64,000 nt of DNA, taken from positions 22,446,001 to 22,510,000 of the forward strand of contig CM075988.1 of the NCBI GenBank assembly GCA_038087875.1, written 5' to 3'. This DNA is from Malacoraja senta (taxonomy: Eukaryota). Below the pieces are notes generated by a model, which saw only the letters and a program-made list of their open reading frames with translations, was not told the DNA's origin and did not search any database. Both the position numbers and the translations under genes were made by a program. Shown one piece after another: positions 1 through 13,164 of this stretch. The stretch's first letter is position 1, and each line of letters starts with the position of its first letter.

Positions 1-301
1 TTAGACTTTTAGATTTTAGAGATATAGAGCGGAAACAGGCCCTTCGGCCCACTGAGTCCGCGACGACCAGTGATCCCCTTACACTAGCACTACCCTACCC
101 ACTAGGGACAATTTACAATTTTTACTGAAGCCAATTAACCCACAAACCTGTACATCTTTGGAGAGTGAGACACGGTGAAAACCCACGCAGTCACAGGGAG
201 AACATACAAACTTTGTACAGACAGCACCCGTAGTCACGATCGAACCCGGGTCTCTGTTGCTGTAAGGCAGCAACTATACTGATGCACCACTGTGCCGCCC
301 C
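1..301 (-). mobile_element. tRNA-derived V-SINE/HE1-like SINE, near full length
   Basis: Minus strand starts ggggcggcacagtgg, B-box-like GGGTTCGATC, CR1-like 3' end ggccgaagggcctgtttcc, TCTAAA-type tail. Confidence 0.85.
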
Positions 302-764
302 AAATGTTAACTGTTTCTTTCTCCATTTTCTGATCTTTCTACAAATGTAGTTCATACTGGAACCGCTCAGCTGAATTTCCAGAGTGATACAAGACAACCC
401 AGAAATCTTATTTCATCCTTAAATAAGGCACAATGTCAAATACATAGCACGGTTCCTACATATGCAACTCCATTTCCAGACCATGTAATCTCCGCAAGGA
501 AACGAGAGCAAAATCTCAGTTCATTTCAAGAGAGTCAGGCTGTCAGGTCATTGTGACACTGCTGGCAATACTCTACAGACCACATGCTCCATATCTTGGT
601 ATCTGTTAAGTCTGACACAGTGAACACTATTAATCGTCTTGACCTACAATGCTGCACGACTTTCTCCGTAACCCACGGCCGGCCTCAGCTTCAGGGACAA
701 GGAGAGAATAATGGTGGAGAGGAATCCATGCAAATTGGGATACAATTTCCACCTTGGTGTGAAG

Positions 765-1136
765 CAAAGATCCTATAGCGAGCAAGATAGTCCACTTGAC
801 GAAAAAGACGTAGTACGGTCATGGGCAGATTCATGGGTAATTTTCGGCCCCATTTCCGTAACCGGCTTCCCAAAGATCCCATAGGATACTAGTGCGGAGA
901 CGGAAACCGGTTACGGAAACATCCTCGTAAAAATAAAAGTTATTTGGTAAAAATCTTCTCATTTTCAGAATTTTAATTTATTAACACAACGTTGATTACA
1001 CTGTGAGTCGGGTTGGGTCGGGTCCGGTTACGGAAATGGATGAAAAAAAGGCCCACGTTCCGTTCCGTTGCGTACTACACGTCAGCCCATTGCATTTAGC
1101 AGGAGTGGTCTATCTTGCTCCGCTATAGGATCTTTG
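765..1136. mobile_element. hAT-type MITE, copy 1
   Basis: TIRs caaagatcctatagcgagcaagatag... / ...ctatcttgctccgctataggatctttg; 8-bp TSD GTGTGAAG (757-764, 1137-1144). Confidence 0.85.
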
Positions 1137-1439
1137 GTGTGAAGAAGGGTTTCGACCTGAAACATCACCTATTCCTTTTCTCCAGAGATGCTGCCTGACG
1201 TGCTGAGTTACCCCAGCTTTTTGTGTCTTTCTTTGGCTTAAAGCAGCATCTGCAGCTCCTCCATTTTGTCTGCTCCCATGTGAAATCTCCTCAAGGTATG
1301 CTTACTTTAAAATAAGTTCTCCTCCTTTCTCCATCGAGGATTCTGCAACACTCTCTCTTGCTGCACCCCCTCTCTGATTCCTCCGGCTCTGCGACCACGT
1401 TTTGACCCAGACTCGCTACTGCAGCCACCTGCTTCTTAA

Positions 1440-1473
1440 GGTCTGAAGAAGGGTCTCGACCCGAAACGTCACC
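1440..1473 (+). ncRNA. Minimal type I hammerhead-ribozyme-like motif (representative copy)
   Basis: GGT-CTGAAGA-A-GGGT(CTCG)ACCC-GAAA-CGTC^ACC: CUGANGA and GAAA cores, stem II, palindromic ACGU in place of stem III, 3-bp stem I. Activity untested. Confidence 0.55.
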
Positions 1474-3104
1474 CATTCCTTTTCTCCAGGGATGCCGCCT
1501 GACCCGCTGTGTGACTCCAGCATTTTGCGTGTGTCTTCCATCTTAACAACTCGTCTAATATCAGCTGCTAATTCCTCCCCTGGAGAGCTCATTGCATTTT
1601 TGCACTGTAGCCAAATCAACAAATTTTGCACTGCTCAGTTTGAGTGGAGAATCTTCTTCAAGAACTAAGTGCTGGAACCCTGTTTTGTTAAAAACAAAAC
1701 ATATTCAGCAGGGGCTTTTTGTTCTGTTGGCCACGGGTTAGATAGTTTTAAAGTTTGAATGTATTTACGTGCTAGCATCTTGGAGCATGTAAATCCCAAC
1801 TGATCCTAGAATGGACTATTCGCCCCGCATTATTTAAAAAAATGTTCTTCCCTTTCCTCCCCTCACAAGGGAATCGTGTCTTCAAGTACAAAACATCATC
1901 TGTTCTTCTCGTGTGAATTTGGTCGGTGAGACTGAGTTGATTTTGTTATTGCCACATCAAGAGTGTTCCAGCATTCCTAGCGGCTGCCCTGGTGCTAAAT
2001 CCAATTGTAACATTAACATCAGGAATGCATCAAAGACCTCCTGTATGCCTTTGCTTTACAGGCCGATAACAACCCTTTTCTCTCTCTCTCCTCCGATCTG
2101 CCATCATTATAACCACCATTTGAAAAGGTTTGGAGAATTCTTTCATACAGGTCCCTGTGCATCCAGGGGATTAATAATCAGATCCTGTTGATCCCAGAGC
2201 ACGTATAACGGAGAACAGTACAGCACAGTAACAGGTTCTTTGGCCCACAATGTCTGTGTCAAACACGATGCCAAGTTAAACTAATCTCCTCTGTCTGCAC
2301 ATGATACATATCCTTCCATTGCCTATATAACCTTTTAAATGCCACTATTGTATCTGCCATCATCACTATCCCTGACAGCGCATTCCAGACACCCACCACT
2401 CTGTGTAAAAAAACTTGCCCTGTACAACTTTGGGCCATTCGCCCTCTAGTATTTGATACTTCCACTCTGGTAAAAATGTTCTGACTGTCTACCCTATCTA
2501 TGTCTCTCTATATGCTTATAATTCTATATGCTTCTATTGTTATGCTTCCCTCAACCAGAGAAAATCCAAGTTTGTCCAACCTATCCTTGTAGCTAAACCC
2601 GTCTAATCCAACCAGCATTCTGGTAAACCTGCACCCTTTCCAAAGCCCCCACATCCTGTAATGGGATGACAAGAACTGCACACAATATTCCAAATATAGC
2701 CTCGCCAAAGTTTATAAAGCTGCAAAATCACTTCTTGACTCTTATATCTCTGTAGAAAATTCAATTTCGTTCAAACCAAGCCGTTTGAATGACAATAAAA
2801 GGCATTCTATTCTATTCTATATTCAATGCCTCGACAGATGAAGGCAAACATTTTTACGTCTTCTTTACCTTTATTCTATGGCAGGGAAAAGTGCCTGGGA
2901 GCTTGGTGAGGGGCCTCGTATTGACCATTACCTTCTAAGAGGTAGGCCAAATCAGTCGAGTGAAGCCCAGTAGCAGGTTAACCACCACAGTCCACAGGGT
3001 ATCGGCACCCCAGGCCAAGCTCAACCAAGTACTGTCCCACCAACGGACACGAGTCCAGAGCCCAACCAGCCACAGTCAGCGGTAGAGAGGAAGATGGAAG
3101 GGGA

Positions 3105-3305
3105 AAAAAGCAGAATGGAGCAGTCACTGGCTGTGGCTGAAGAGAAAAGATGCTGTCTGGGCTGCCACGTGACCATCTAGAGGCTAACCATAAGACACAC
3201 ACCCAGGGCTGATCACCCTGCGGCGGGCCTGCCTCGACTGAGCGTGTCTTGTGATAAAAGGCCGAAACACCCAGTGACGTTGAGGTACACAACTGAAGAT
3301 GTGTC
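3105..3305 (+). mobile_element. Probable 3' end of a restriction-like-endonuclease (Hero-type) non-LTR element
   Basis: AEWSSHWLWLKRKDAVW* C-terminal motif, then gctgatcaccc...gataaaaggccgaaacacccagtgac 3' UTR-like sequence; recognised from memory only. Confidence 0.45.
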
Positions 3306-3799
3306 TGCTGCGTTTCCTAATTAACAACAGAAAAGTATCTTAAAAACAAAGTGCTGGAATAACTCACCTAGTGGTCACCCCCAAGAATATTGGGTGTCAG
3401 TTGTGGTGAAGAAACTTAGGGATTGTAACATCCAGTCCTACTAATCAATATTTAGTTGTGTTGCCACTTTCAGGGAGCTATAAACTTCGACCCCAAATTC
3501 TGGGGGTAATGGCAACACCTCCTTGCCCAAGTCCTGCACATAAAGTAGAAGTCTGTCAGGGATTGGAACTTTAACGTGGCTTTTCCAATCCAGTTCATTT
3601 TTAAGTTATGTCGAAAAAAGGAACTGCAGAGTTGGTTTACACAAAAAGGACACAAAGTGCTGGAGTAACTCAGCCAGTCAAGCAGCATCTCTGGAGAACA
3701 TGGAGAGAATCCTAACCTATTCATGTTCACCAGGGATGCTGCCTGACCTGCCGAGTTATTCCAGCACTTTGTTTTTAAGTTACTTTTCTGTTGTTAATT

Positions 3800-4100
3800 C
3801 AGAAATACAGCAGATACTTTGCAGATATGAAAAGCATCGACATGAGGCGTTGCCTCAAGGCAGCGGCATATATTATCAAACATCTCCAACATAAAGGCCA
3901 TGCCCCCTTCTCGCTGCTACCATCAGGTAGGAGGAATAGAAGCCTGCGGTCCCATGCAACCAGGTTCAGGGACAGCTCCTTTCCCACATCGATCGGGTTC
4001 TTGAATCAACCTGCACAACCCTAATCCTACCTTGACAACGCAACACTATGGACCTCCTCTCGCACTATCATCGAGTTGTTTTCTTAATTGTGTTTTGAAC
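3800..4100 (+). mobile_element. Rex1-type LINE 3' fragment
   Basis: CLKAAAYIIK...FSLLPSGRRNRSL...RFRDSSFP. Confidence 0.7.
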
Positions 4101-5649
4101 TAATAGAGTCATAGAGTGACAGTGTCATACAGCATGGAAACAGGCCCTTTGGTCCAACTTGCCCACAGCGATCAACATGTCCCATCCACTCCAGCCCCAT
4201 CTGCCTACGTTTGGCCCATATCCCTCTAAACCTGTCCTATCCATGTCATGTTTTTTTCTGCAGTCTTCTTTCTTTTTCACCGTCTTCCACATTATGCCCT
4301 ACCAGCTACGTCCTTGCCCATTTGTTCAACCCATCCATGTCCAACCCTCCCCCCCCCTCCCCCCCCGTCTAAACCTTCTCCTCAACCTCCTGCCTACCAT
4401 CAACTTATTGTCAGCAATTTAAAACTCATCCTCTTATACAAACCGTGAGCAGCTGGGGCCAGAGCAACCATCCCTACCACCCACAGCTCCCAAAGCCCAC
4501 ATGATCCGTTAATGCTTTCTGTCCTCAATTAGAATAAAAAGCTCTATTGCTGTGAGCACTAATTTTGCTGTGAAACCTCACTGAAGGCTCTCTAAACATT
4601 AAAATAAACCACTCCAGCAGGATTGCCCTTATCTATTCTGTTTATCACAACTTCAAAAACACACAACAGATTTGTTAGACATGATTTCCCTTTCATATTC
4701 GCACCTTCACTCTGATCGATCTTCTACATGCCTTGTGAACGGCTCAGGAATAATGATTCCCGATGTGTTCATTGATGTTAAGCTAACTGGTCGACTACTA
4801 ATGTCCACAGTGGCACAGCAGTTTGATCCCGACCTCTGGTACAGTCTGGGTGGTGTTTGCCAGTTCTTCCCATCTCCCTTTAGCTTCTCCGTGATTTCCA
4901 CCCAAATCCCCCCAAAAAACGTGCTGTTGGTCGATGTGCTAATTGTTGACAGTAAATTATTGTTTTTGTATAAATGGGTGATCTGAGATCCAGTAAGTAA
5001 GTTTATTGGCCAAGTATTCACACACAAGAAATTTGCCTTGGTGCTCCGGCCACAAGTAACAACATGACATACAGTGACAGCTACGAATGACTCAGAAAAC
5101 ACTAAACATTAATAATAATAAAACATTAATGATAAAACACCATAGATCAAGCATGTGAACCAACAAAATATCAGATCAAAGGGAGGCTACAGGTTTTTGG
5201 CTGTTGAGTAGAGCAACTACTCGTGGATAAAGGGTGAAGTTATTGACGTCTGAAGAAGTGTCTCGACTCGATACGTCCCCCATTCCTTCTCTCCAGAAAT
5301 GCTGCCTGCTCCGCTGAATTACTCCAGCATCTTGTGTCTATCTTTGGTTAGTAGGTATAGGACAGAGAATAGGTTGCAGGTAGACACAAAATGCTGGAGT
5401 GACTCAGCGGGTGAGGTAGCATCTATGGAGAGAAGGAATGGGCGACGTTTCGGGTTGAGACCCTTCTTCAGAATAGGTAGCATGGACTGATTGAGCCAGC
5501 AGAGACTCGATGGGCCAAATGGCCTTCTCTATTGTTCGAAAATATGGCACTACTGTGGTCAGGCCGTGTTTGTGCTCTCTTCATTGAGTGTCGCTTGCTG
5601 CCTGCTGATCTGTGGGAAATATCCTAGAAACTATGGAATTCTGCAAGAT

Positions 5650-5952
5650 GACAATAGACAATAGACAATAGACAATAGGTGCAGGAGTAGGCCATTTGGC
5701 CCTTCGAGCCAGCACCGCCATTCAATGTGATCATGGCTGATTATCCCCAATCAGTACCCCGTTCCTGCCTTCTCCCCATATCCCCTGACTCTGCTATTTT
5801 TAAGAGCCCTATCTAGCTCTCTCTTGAAAGCATCCAGAGAACCTGCCTCCACCGCCCTCTGAGGCAGAGAATTTCACAGACTCACCACTCTCTGTGAGAA
5901 AAAGTGTTTCCTCGTCTCTTTTCTAAATGGCTTACTCTTTATTCTTAAAACT
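5650..5952 (-). mobile_element. CR1 3' fragment (TATTGTC-tail subfamily)
   Basis: FFSQRVVSL...GYGEKAGTGY* and a (TATTGTC)n tail. Confidence 0.85.
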
Positions 5953-6773
5953 ATGCATCCACCATCTCCACAGCCATCTCCTGCAAAAGATCCAGGTGCA
6001 GGTCATCAAGACCCATCATTTAATCACCACTCAATCCCAATCATTTCTCCACTGTTGGCTTTTACACTACTGCTAATTACTTTGAGCTCCACATTCCCTC
6101 TGGATCTGTAGTTCTCCATCTTTTCAAGAGGTTTTCTGTGTCTTTTTGCATTATAAAATATTAATTTTAATTCCCTGCCCTTTCCTCAGGCCCCCCTATA
6201 TAATGTCCCCTGTCGCAGTCTGTATGCCATCCATACTCATTGGAGCGAATCCTTTCCTTTTTACATCTCTCGTGAATCTTTTGCAGTCCATGTTACATTT
6301 CCTCTATTCTATATTCCTTTTTGGGGCCAAAGCCCTTCTTTAATATAAATTCTGAAACTTTTCCCAGCTTACTGCTTTTATTGGCAACATTTTAAGCTTT
6401 CCCTTTAATCTAATTAACTTCTCAATAGCCATGCCAGTACCAGTTTTCCTGTCATTTTTTTTAAATGGCTTTAGTGTTTTGGCATTCTTTACAAATGCTT
6501 TGAATATATTTTCGTTGTTTACCGTCACATCTTTTAGTATAGTTTTTTTCCAATCCAGCATAGCTAATCCAGGCCTCATTCGTCTGTACAGTAGTTTACT
6601 ATTTTATTTGTGAATGTGTTCCTGCTTTTGTTCATGAAAATAAAATCCATGGATGCTGGCTGACCTGCTGAGTGTTTCCAGTATTTTCTGTTTCTTTCAG
6701 CTTTCCAGTGAATGAATTTTTACATTTTATTATTTTCATGAGCAAATGCTAAAGCACACGCACAAATGCAATG

Positions 6774-7654
6774 TTTAAGAAGGAACTGCAGATGCTGGAA
6801 CAATCGAAGGTAGACAAAAATGCTGGAGAAACTCAGCGGGTGAGGCAGCATCTATGGAGCGAAGGAATGGGTGACATTTCGGGTCGGAACTCTTCTTCAG
6901 ACCAAAGATCCTATAGCAAGCAAGATAGACCACTTCTTCTAAATGCAATGGGCTGACGTGTAGTACGCAACGGAGCGGAACGTGGGCCTTTTTTTCATCC
7001 ATTTCCGTAACCCAACCCGACCCGACCTGACTCGCAGTGTAATCAACGTTGCGGGGGAACAGTTTGTGTTAATAAATTAAAATTCTGAAAATGAGGAGAA
7101 GATTTTTCCCAAATAACTTTTATTTTTACGAGGATGTTTCCATAACCGGCTTCCGTCTCCGCACTAGTATCCTATGGGATCTTTGGTGCGGAAACGGAAG
7201 CCGGTTACGGAAATGGGGCCGAAAATTACGCATGAATCTGCCCATGACTGTACTACGTCTTTTTCGTCGAGTGGTCTATCTTGCTCGCTATAGGATCTTA
7301 GCTTCAGACTGAAAGATAGAGAAGACCAGGGCCGGCAACAGATGACCTCATGAAGGGTGGAGTCCACAATGGCCCATTGTTGGCGAGGACAGATGTGCTA
7401 ACTGCAAGGATGCGAACAGTGCAACCAGTAGGATGACTAGGGTGGGGGAGGGGACTCTTCAATGTTGGCCGGAGGCTCTGAAGAACTTCATTATATATTT
7501 AGGTAGACAAAAAAGCTGGAGAAACTCAGCAAGTGAGGCAGCATCTATGGAGCGAAGGAATAGGCGACGTTTCGGGTCTCGATCCGAAACATCACCTATT
7601 CCTTCACTCCATAGATGCTGCCCCACCCGCTGAGTTTCTCCAGCATTTTTGTCT
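6774..7654. mobile_element. Composite Penelope-derived insertion containing hAT MITE copy 2
   Basis: 16-bp direct repeat ACGCACAAATGCAATG at 6758-6773 and 7655-7670; several terminal-repeat copies inside. Confidence 0.75.
6903..7301. mobile_element. hAT-type MITE, copy 2 (opposite orientation to copy 1)
   Basis: Same TIRs and internal sequence as 765-1136, inverted; 8-bp TSD CTTCAGAC (6895-6902, 7302-7309). Confidence 0.85.
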
Positions 7655-8421
7655 ACGCACAAATGCAATGGTCAGGACTCCGAATAAAGTGAACCACTAC
7701 ACAATGTACAGAGGGATGGGGCCTGAATTAGCTGGATCGGAAACGACACTGAAAGATATGACAGTAAACAAGGAATATATAATATTTAAAGCATTCGTAA
7801 TAAAACCCCAAAACACAAAAGCAATTTAAAAAAACCACAGGAAAACTGGCACAGGCATGGCCACATAGAGAAACAGTTAACATTTTAGATTCACTGATTG
7901 TATGTAAGACTTCTTGTCACCTCCCCCTCAGCTAACAATTATCTATTCTACATTTACCTTGAACTTCGTTCCCTTTGATCTCTCGTTTTCACACCTTACC
8001 CTTCCATATCTCTATGTCCCCTTCTCCCCCGAGTCTCAGTCTGACGAAGGGTCTCGATCCGAAACGTCACCCATTCCTTCTATCCAAAGATGCTGCCTGA
8101 CCCGCTGAGTTACTCCATCATTTTGTGTCTATTTCAGATTCAAAATTTTTCCACAGGATGGGGGAAAAAAGAAAGAAAACAAGCGATCTCGAAACTAAAA
8201 AAACCTGAAACTAGCTTAGAGCATAAGAGAAGATTGGGAAAGGATGAGCAGAACATGGGAAATATCTCTGATGTGGTGTCCCCAAATGGGTTAAATTGGG
8301 CAGTTTATAAAACACATGAAACCTCTCTGCGTAATGTGCTGCACATGGTAAGGCTGTGGGATAAATCCAAAGATAGACACAAAAAGCTGGAGTGACTTAG
8401 CATCTCAGGAGAGAAGGAATG

Positions 8422-8454
8422 GGTGACGTTTCGGGTCGAGACCCTTCTTCAGAC
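8422..8454 (-). ncRNA. Minimal hammerhead-like motif, sense to the PCSK7 pre-mRNA (representative copy)
   Basis: Minus strand reads GT-CTGAAGAAGGGTCTCGACCCGAAACGTC-ACC. Confidence 0.5.
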
Positions 8455-8638
8455 TCCACTTGGCCAGAATAAAAAATAAATCAACGACAATAATGACAGA
8501 CAGACAGAAAGAAAGAGCAAAGAGTTCTCGAGAGCAAATCATTTTGTTCAGTTGCGTGATAGGCGACAGTTCGCAAGATCAAGACTTGTAATTGTCTTGT
8601 TTTGCACCTAGTTAATAGCAGTAGATTGAGATAATTAT

Positions 8639-9027
8639 GTAAGTAAGTTTATTGGCCAAGTATTCACATACAAGGAATTTGCCTTGGTGCTCCGCCCACA
8701 AGTAACAACATGACATACAGTGACAGTTACGAATGACTCAGAAAACACTAAACATTAATAATAATAAAACATTAATGATAAAACACCATTGATCAAGCAT
8801 GTGAACCAACAAAATACCAGATCAAAGGGAGGCTACAGATTTTTGACTGTTGAGTAGAGCAACTACTCGTGGATAAAAACTGTTTTTATGTCTGGCTGTG
8901 GCAGCTTTGACAATCCGGAGTCGCCTTCCAGAGGGAAGTGATTCAAAGAGTTTGTGGCCAGGGTGAGAGGGGTCAGAGATGATCTTGCCCGCTCGCTTCC
9001 TGGCCCTTGTAGTGTACAGTTCATCAA
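8639..9027 (-). mobile_element. Rex1-type LINE 3' fragment; a shorter near-identical copy lies at 4992-5231
   Basis: Minus-strand HFPLEGDSG C-terminal-like sequence, AATAAA and (ACTT)n tail; the two copies align almost perfectly. Confidence 0.7.
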
Positions 9028-9718
9028 GGAATGTAGGAGAGCTAGCTGATCTTGAAGTGTTGGAGTGTGAAAGCTGTTTAATCTACTGCAGCGGCGTGAG
9101 TGAACAAGAAGATACGGCAACCCTGATATCCATAGACAGACACAAAGAGCTGGTGTAACTCAGCAGGTCAGGCAGCATCTTGGGAGAAAAAGGATAGGTG
9201 ACGTTTTGGATCGGAACCCTTCTTCACACTGAAAGGATAAAACCAGCATCTGCAGTTCTTTTCCTACAAGCCTAATATCAATGACAGGGATGACACACTG
9301 TGTATGTGCCATGCAGCCAATTTAAAATACCATTAACTAAATGCCACATTTCATTTTAAAGCCAGTACAGGATCAAGCAAAGCTCCAATTGAGAAACTGC
9401 AAATACCACTCCATTTACTTAAGGGGAGAGGAATGTTAACCACAGCTCAGTGAGATTGATTCAGGGAGGTTCCTGCAATCTATCATCAGAGGCAGAGTAA
9501 GAGGTGGAAGCTGAAGCCATGAGATGTTTGGCGTAAGTCAAACCCAATCCTGGGTGGTGATCAACATGGTAAGATAGCTGAGCTACATTCAGAGTATTTC
9601 TGCATTGCATAAGATATTACTGGCAGTAATACCAATGTGTTGAATTGGAGGCAACCCTGCAACATGGGCCAGTAGTTGTTGAATTGCACACTTTTAGCGA
9701 TAAAGGGTTCAATTGAAA

Positions 9719-10100
9719 TAGATAATGGACAATATACAATAGGTGCAGGAGTAGGCCATTCGGCCCTTCGAGCCAGTACCGCCATTCAATGTGATCATGG
9801 CTGATCATCCCCAATCAGTACCCCGTTCCTGCCTTCTCCCCATATCCCCTGACTCTCCTATATATTAGAGCCCTATCCAGCTCTCTTGAAAGCATCCAGA
9901 GAACCTGCCTCCACCGCCCTCTGAGGCAGAGAATTCCACAGACTCACAACTCTCTGTGAGAAAAAGTGTTTCCTCGTCTCCATTCTAAATGGCTTACTCC
10001 TTATTCTTAAACTGTAGCCCCTGGTTCTGGACTCCCCCAACATCGGGAACATGTTTCCTGCCTCCAGCGTGTCCAAGCCCTTAACAATCTTATATGTTTC
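9719..10100 (-). mobile_element. CR1 3' fragment
   Basis: ETYKIVKGLDTLEAGNMFP...WNSLPQRAVEA. Confidence 0.85.
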
Positions 10101-11723
10101 AACATACAACATGAAAACTGGACCTTCAGCCCACCGAGTCCATGCCGACCATCGATCACCCATTCACACTAGTTCTATGTTCTCCCACTTTTGTACCCAC
10201 TAGGGACAATTTATAGGGGCCAGTTAACCTCCCAAACCCGCACTGCACCAAAGTCAAGCTAAATGAAGATAAGGAGAGTTATGTTTGCACTGAATATAGC
10301 GAGTTAGGTTGGTGACAAACGATTTGTTACACAGGGATGTAGGTAGAGAAAATGACTGAGTAAAAACTAACGTGGGAAAGGTTAACATTGTGCGGTGGAG
10401 ATGTGACATCTCAGAATTATAATGTGCTCACAATGACGATAATCCATCAGGGATAAGATTCAAAAGGACTTGTGTGTGCAATCGTTGCTGAATACCTGTG
10501 GCAGGTACAAGGAGCAATCACGAAAACTAATGGGAAGGCGGTGCTAATCTGAAAGGGGCTGACGCACAATGGTGCGAAGTTGTACAAATGTGTGTAAAAA
10601 TACTGCTTTCAATTCAAGCATCAAACTACGGGAAAGATAAATTGTCATTGGTCGGGGGTCAGCGCAAATGCATCACAAAGTTAACAGTCTTTAAATATTT
10701 AAATTCCGGGCACAAGTAGAATGTTGGCTGACATTCCCAGGCTCGCAGACAAATCGAGGGGAGTGGGTGTGACTGCCATGTTAAATGGATTTAATGGAGT
10801 CAATGCAATGAATAGGTTCCCCTGCTGGGGAAAAACCACAAAAAAAGAACACTACTTTAAAACAAGAGCTGGATATGCACAAGTGAAACCATGAAGTGCT
10901 TTTTGTATTTGGCACGGAGAGAATTAGGAAGTCACTCATAGAGTCATGCAGCACAGAAACAGGCCCTTCAGCCCAACCGGGCCAAGTAGGTATTCTGTGC
11001 TAGTCCCATTTGCTTGCTCTTGGCCCATATCCCTCTAAATCCTGGTGATCTGTGCAGAGGACTTTAAAAGTCGTATTTGTATCCGCATCTATAGCTTCTG
11101 CTGGCAGCTCATTCCAGATAAGGATTGAGTGAAAAAGTTGCCCCTGACGTTCCACTTATATCTTGCCCCTCTCACCTTAAATTTATGCTCTCTAGTTTTA
11201 GAAACCTCTACCCTGGGGAGAAAGGACACATTTTATCCACAACCCCTCATGATCTTGAACACCTCAATAAAGAAACCCCTCCGCCTACTGCACGCCGAAG
11301 GAGAAAGTCCCAGCCAATCCAAACTCAAGCCCCCAAGCCCAGATAATGACCTGCTGAATGTATTCTGCACCTTTTCCAAGTCAATGACATCAACCCTGTA
11401 GATGGGTGAACCAAACAGCACACAGTACTCTAGGCATAGCCTTACGAAAGTCTTTTACAGCTACATCATGAAGCCCCAATCTTTGTTACCCGTTCCAATG
11501 AAGACAAGCGTGGCAAATGCCCTCTTCCCCGCCCTGTCCAACTGTAGACACAAAAATCTGGAGTAACTCAGCGGGGCAGGCAGCATCTCTGGATAGAAGG
11601 GTGGTGTTTCGGGTCGAGAGATGCTGCCTGTCCCGCTGAGTTACTCCACCTATCTTCGGTTTAAACCAGCATCTTCCTACACACCTGGATGGCCACTTTC
11701 AGGGAACAATCCGCCTGTACTTC

Positions 11724-11907
11724 GGGGCGGCACGGAGGTGCAGCGGTAAAGTTGCTGCCTCACAGCGCCAAAGACCCGGGTTCGATCCCGACTACGGGTG
11801 CTGCCTGTACGTAGTTTGTACGTTCTCCCCGTGACCAGGTGGGTTTTCTTCGGGTGCTCCGGTTTCCTCCCACAGTCCAAAGACGTGCAGGTTTGTAGGT
11901 TAATTGG
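11724..11907 (+). mobile_element. V-SINE/HE1-like SINE, 5' part
   Basis: ggggcggcacggaggtgcagcggt...gggttcgatccc...tgctccggtttcctcccaca. Confidence 0.8.
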
Positions 11908-12231
11908 ATTTAAGCACTCATGGTAAAACTGTCACATACACCGAGGATGTAAACATTCTTCTCCTTAGCTTAATCAACAATCTTCCTCCTCCATTCATGC
12001 CTGAAAAAGTGCACAGTCTTATTGGGAATCATACGGTTATATGTGTTTATCATCTCCCATTCGTGGCCCCTTCTGTAATCAGGCTGCTGAATCGGATGCC
12101 AATTCAATTGTAGGGTTCTGCTGAGAATTATATTTAAGATGGGGGGGGGGTGGGGGGGGAGGTGGGGTGATAGTTTAATGGGAACCTGAGGGGTGATTTT
12201 TTTTACATATTCTATCCAGGGTAAGGGGAGT

Positions 12232-13164
12232 ATGACGGCCAGGGCAGTTTACTGTTCTGGATGTCAGATGTGGGAAGTCATGGAGTCTGATAGCCCTCCA
12301 GACGTCCACATCTGCGTCAGGTGTATCGAGATGGGGCTCCTAATGGACCGTATTAGGAACCTGGAGCAGCAGCTCGATGACCTCCGTCTGGTCAGGGAGA
12401 GCGAGGAAGTCATCGAGAGGAGTTACAGGGATGTGGTCACTCCAACACCACAGGAGGAAGGCAAGTGGATCACGGTTGGGAGAGGCAAGGGGCACAGGCA
12501 GGGACTAGAGAGTACCCCGGTGGCTGTACACCTTGACAATAAGTACTCCTGTTTGAGCACTGTTGGGGTGGACAGCCTACCTGGGGGTAGCGACAGCGGC
12601 CGGGCCTCCGGTATAGAGACTGGTCCTGTTGCTCAGAAGGGTAAGGAAAAGAAGAGGAGGGCAATATTAATAGGGGACTCTATAGTTAGGGGGTCAGACA
12701 GGCGATTCTGTGGACGCAGTCGGGAGACCCGGATGGTAGTTTGCCTCCCTGGTGCCAGGGTCGGTGATGTGTCTCAATGTGTCCAAGACATCCTGATAGG
12801 GCAGGGAGAGGAGCCCGAAGTCGTGATAAATATAGGTACCAATGACATAGGTAAAAAAAGAGAAGAGGTCCTGAAAGGAGAATTAAGGGAGTTAGGAGGG
12901 GAGTTAAAGAGGACAGCGAAGGTAACAATCTCGGGATTACTGCCTGTGCCACGCGACAGTGAGAGTAGGAATGGAGCGAGGTGGAGGATAAATGCGTGGC
13001 TGAAGGACTGGTGCAGAAGGCAGGGATTCAAATTTCTGGATCATTGGGACCTCTTTTGTGGAAGGTACGACCTGTACAAAAAGGATGGGTTGCACGTGAA
13101 CCTGAGGGGGACCGATATCCTGGCGGGGAGATCTGCAAAGGCTACTGGGGAGACTTTAAACTAG
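12232..13164 (+). CDS. CR1 ORF1p: N-terminal Cys zinc finger, coiled coil, SGNH/GDSL-type esterase domain
   Basis: CxxC...CxxC (CSGC, CVRC), leucine-rich heptads (RIRNLEQQLDDL), GDSIVR, GTND and DGLH motifs; 310 codons open from ATG 12232. Confidence 0.88.
   Translation: MTARAVYCSGCQMWEVMESDSPPDVHICVRCIEMGLLMDRIRNLEQQLDDLRLVRESEEVIERSYRDVVTPTPQEEGKWITVGRGKGHRQGLESTPVAVHLDNKYSCLSTVGVDSLPGGSDSGRASGIETGPVAQKGKEKKRRAILIGDSIVRGSDRRFCGRSRETRMVVCLPGARVGDVSQCVQDILIGQGEEPEVVINIGTNDIGKKREEVLKGELRELGGELKRTAKVTISGLLPVPRDSESRNGARWRINAWLKDWCRRQGFKFLDHWDLFCGRYDLYKKDGLHVNLRGTDILAGRSAKATGETLN

Noticed and set aside
11724..11800. tRNA-like sequence with A/B boxes
   Set aside because: It is the head of a multi-copy SINE and continues into SINE body; not a tRNA gene.
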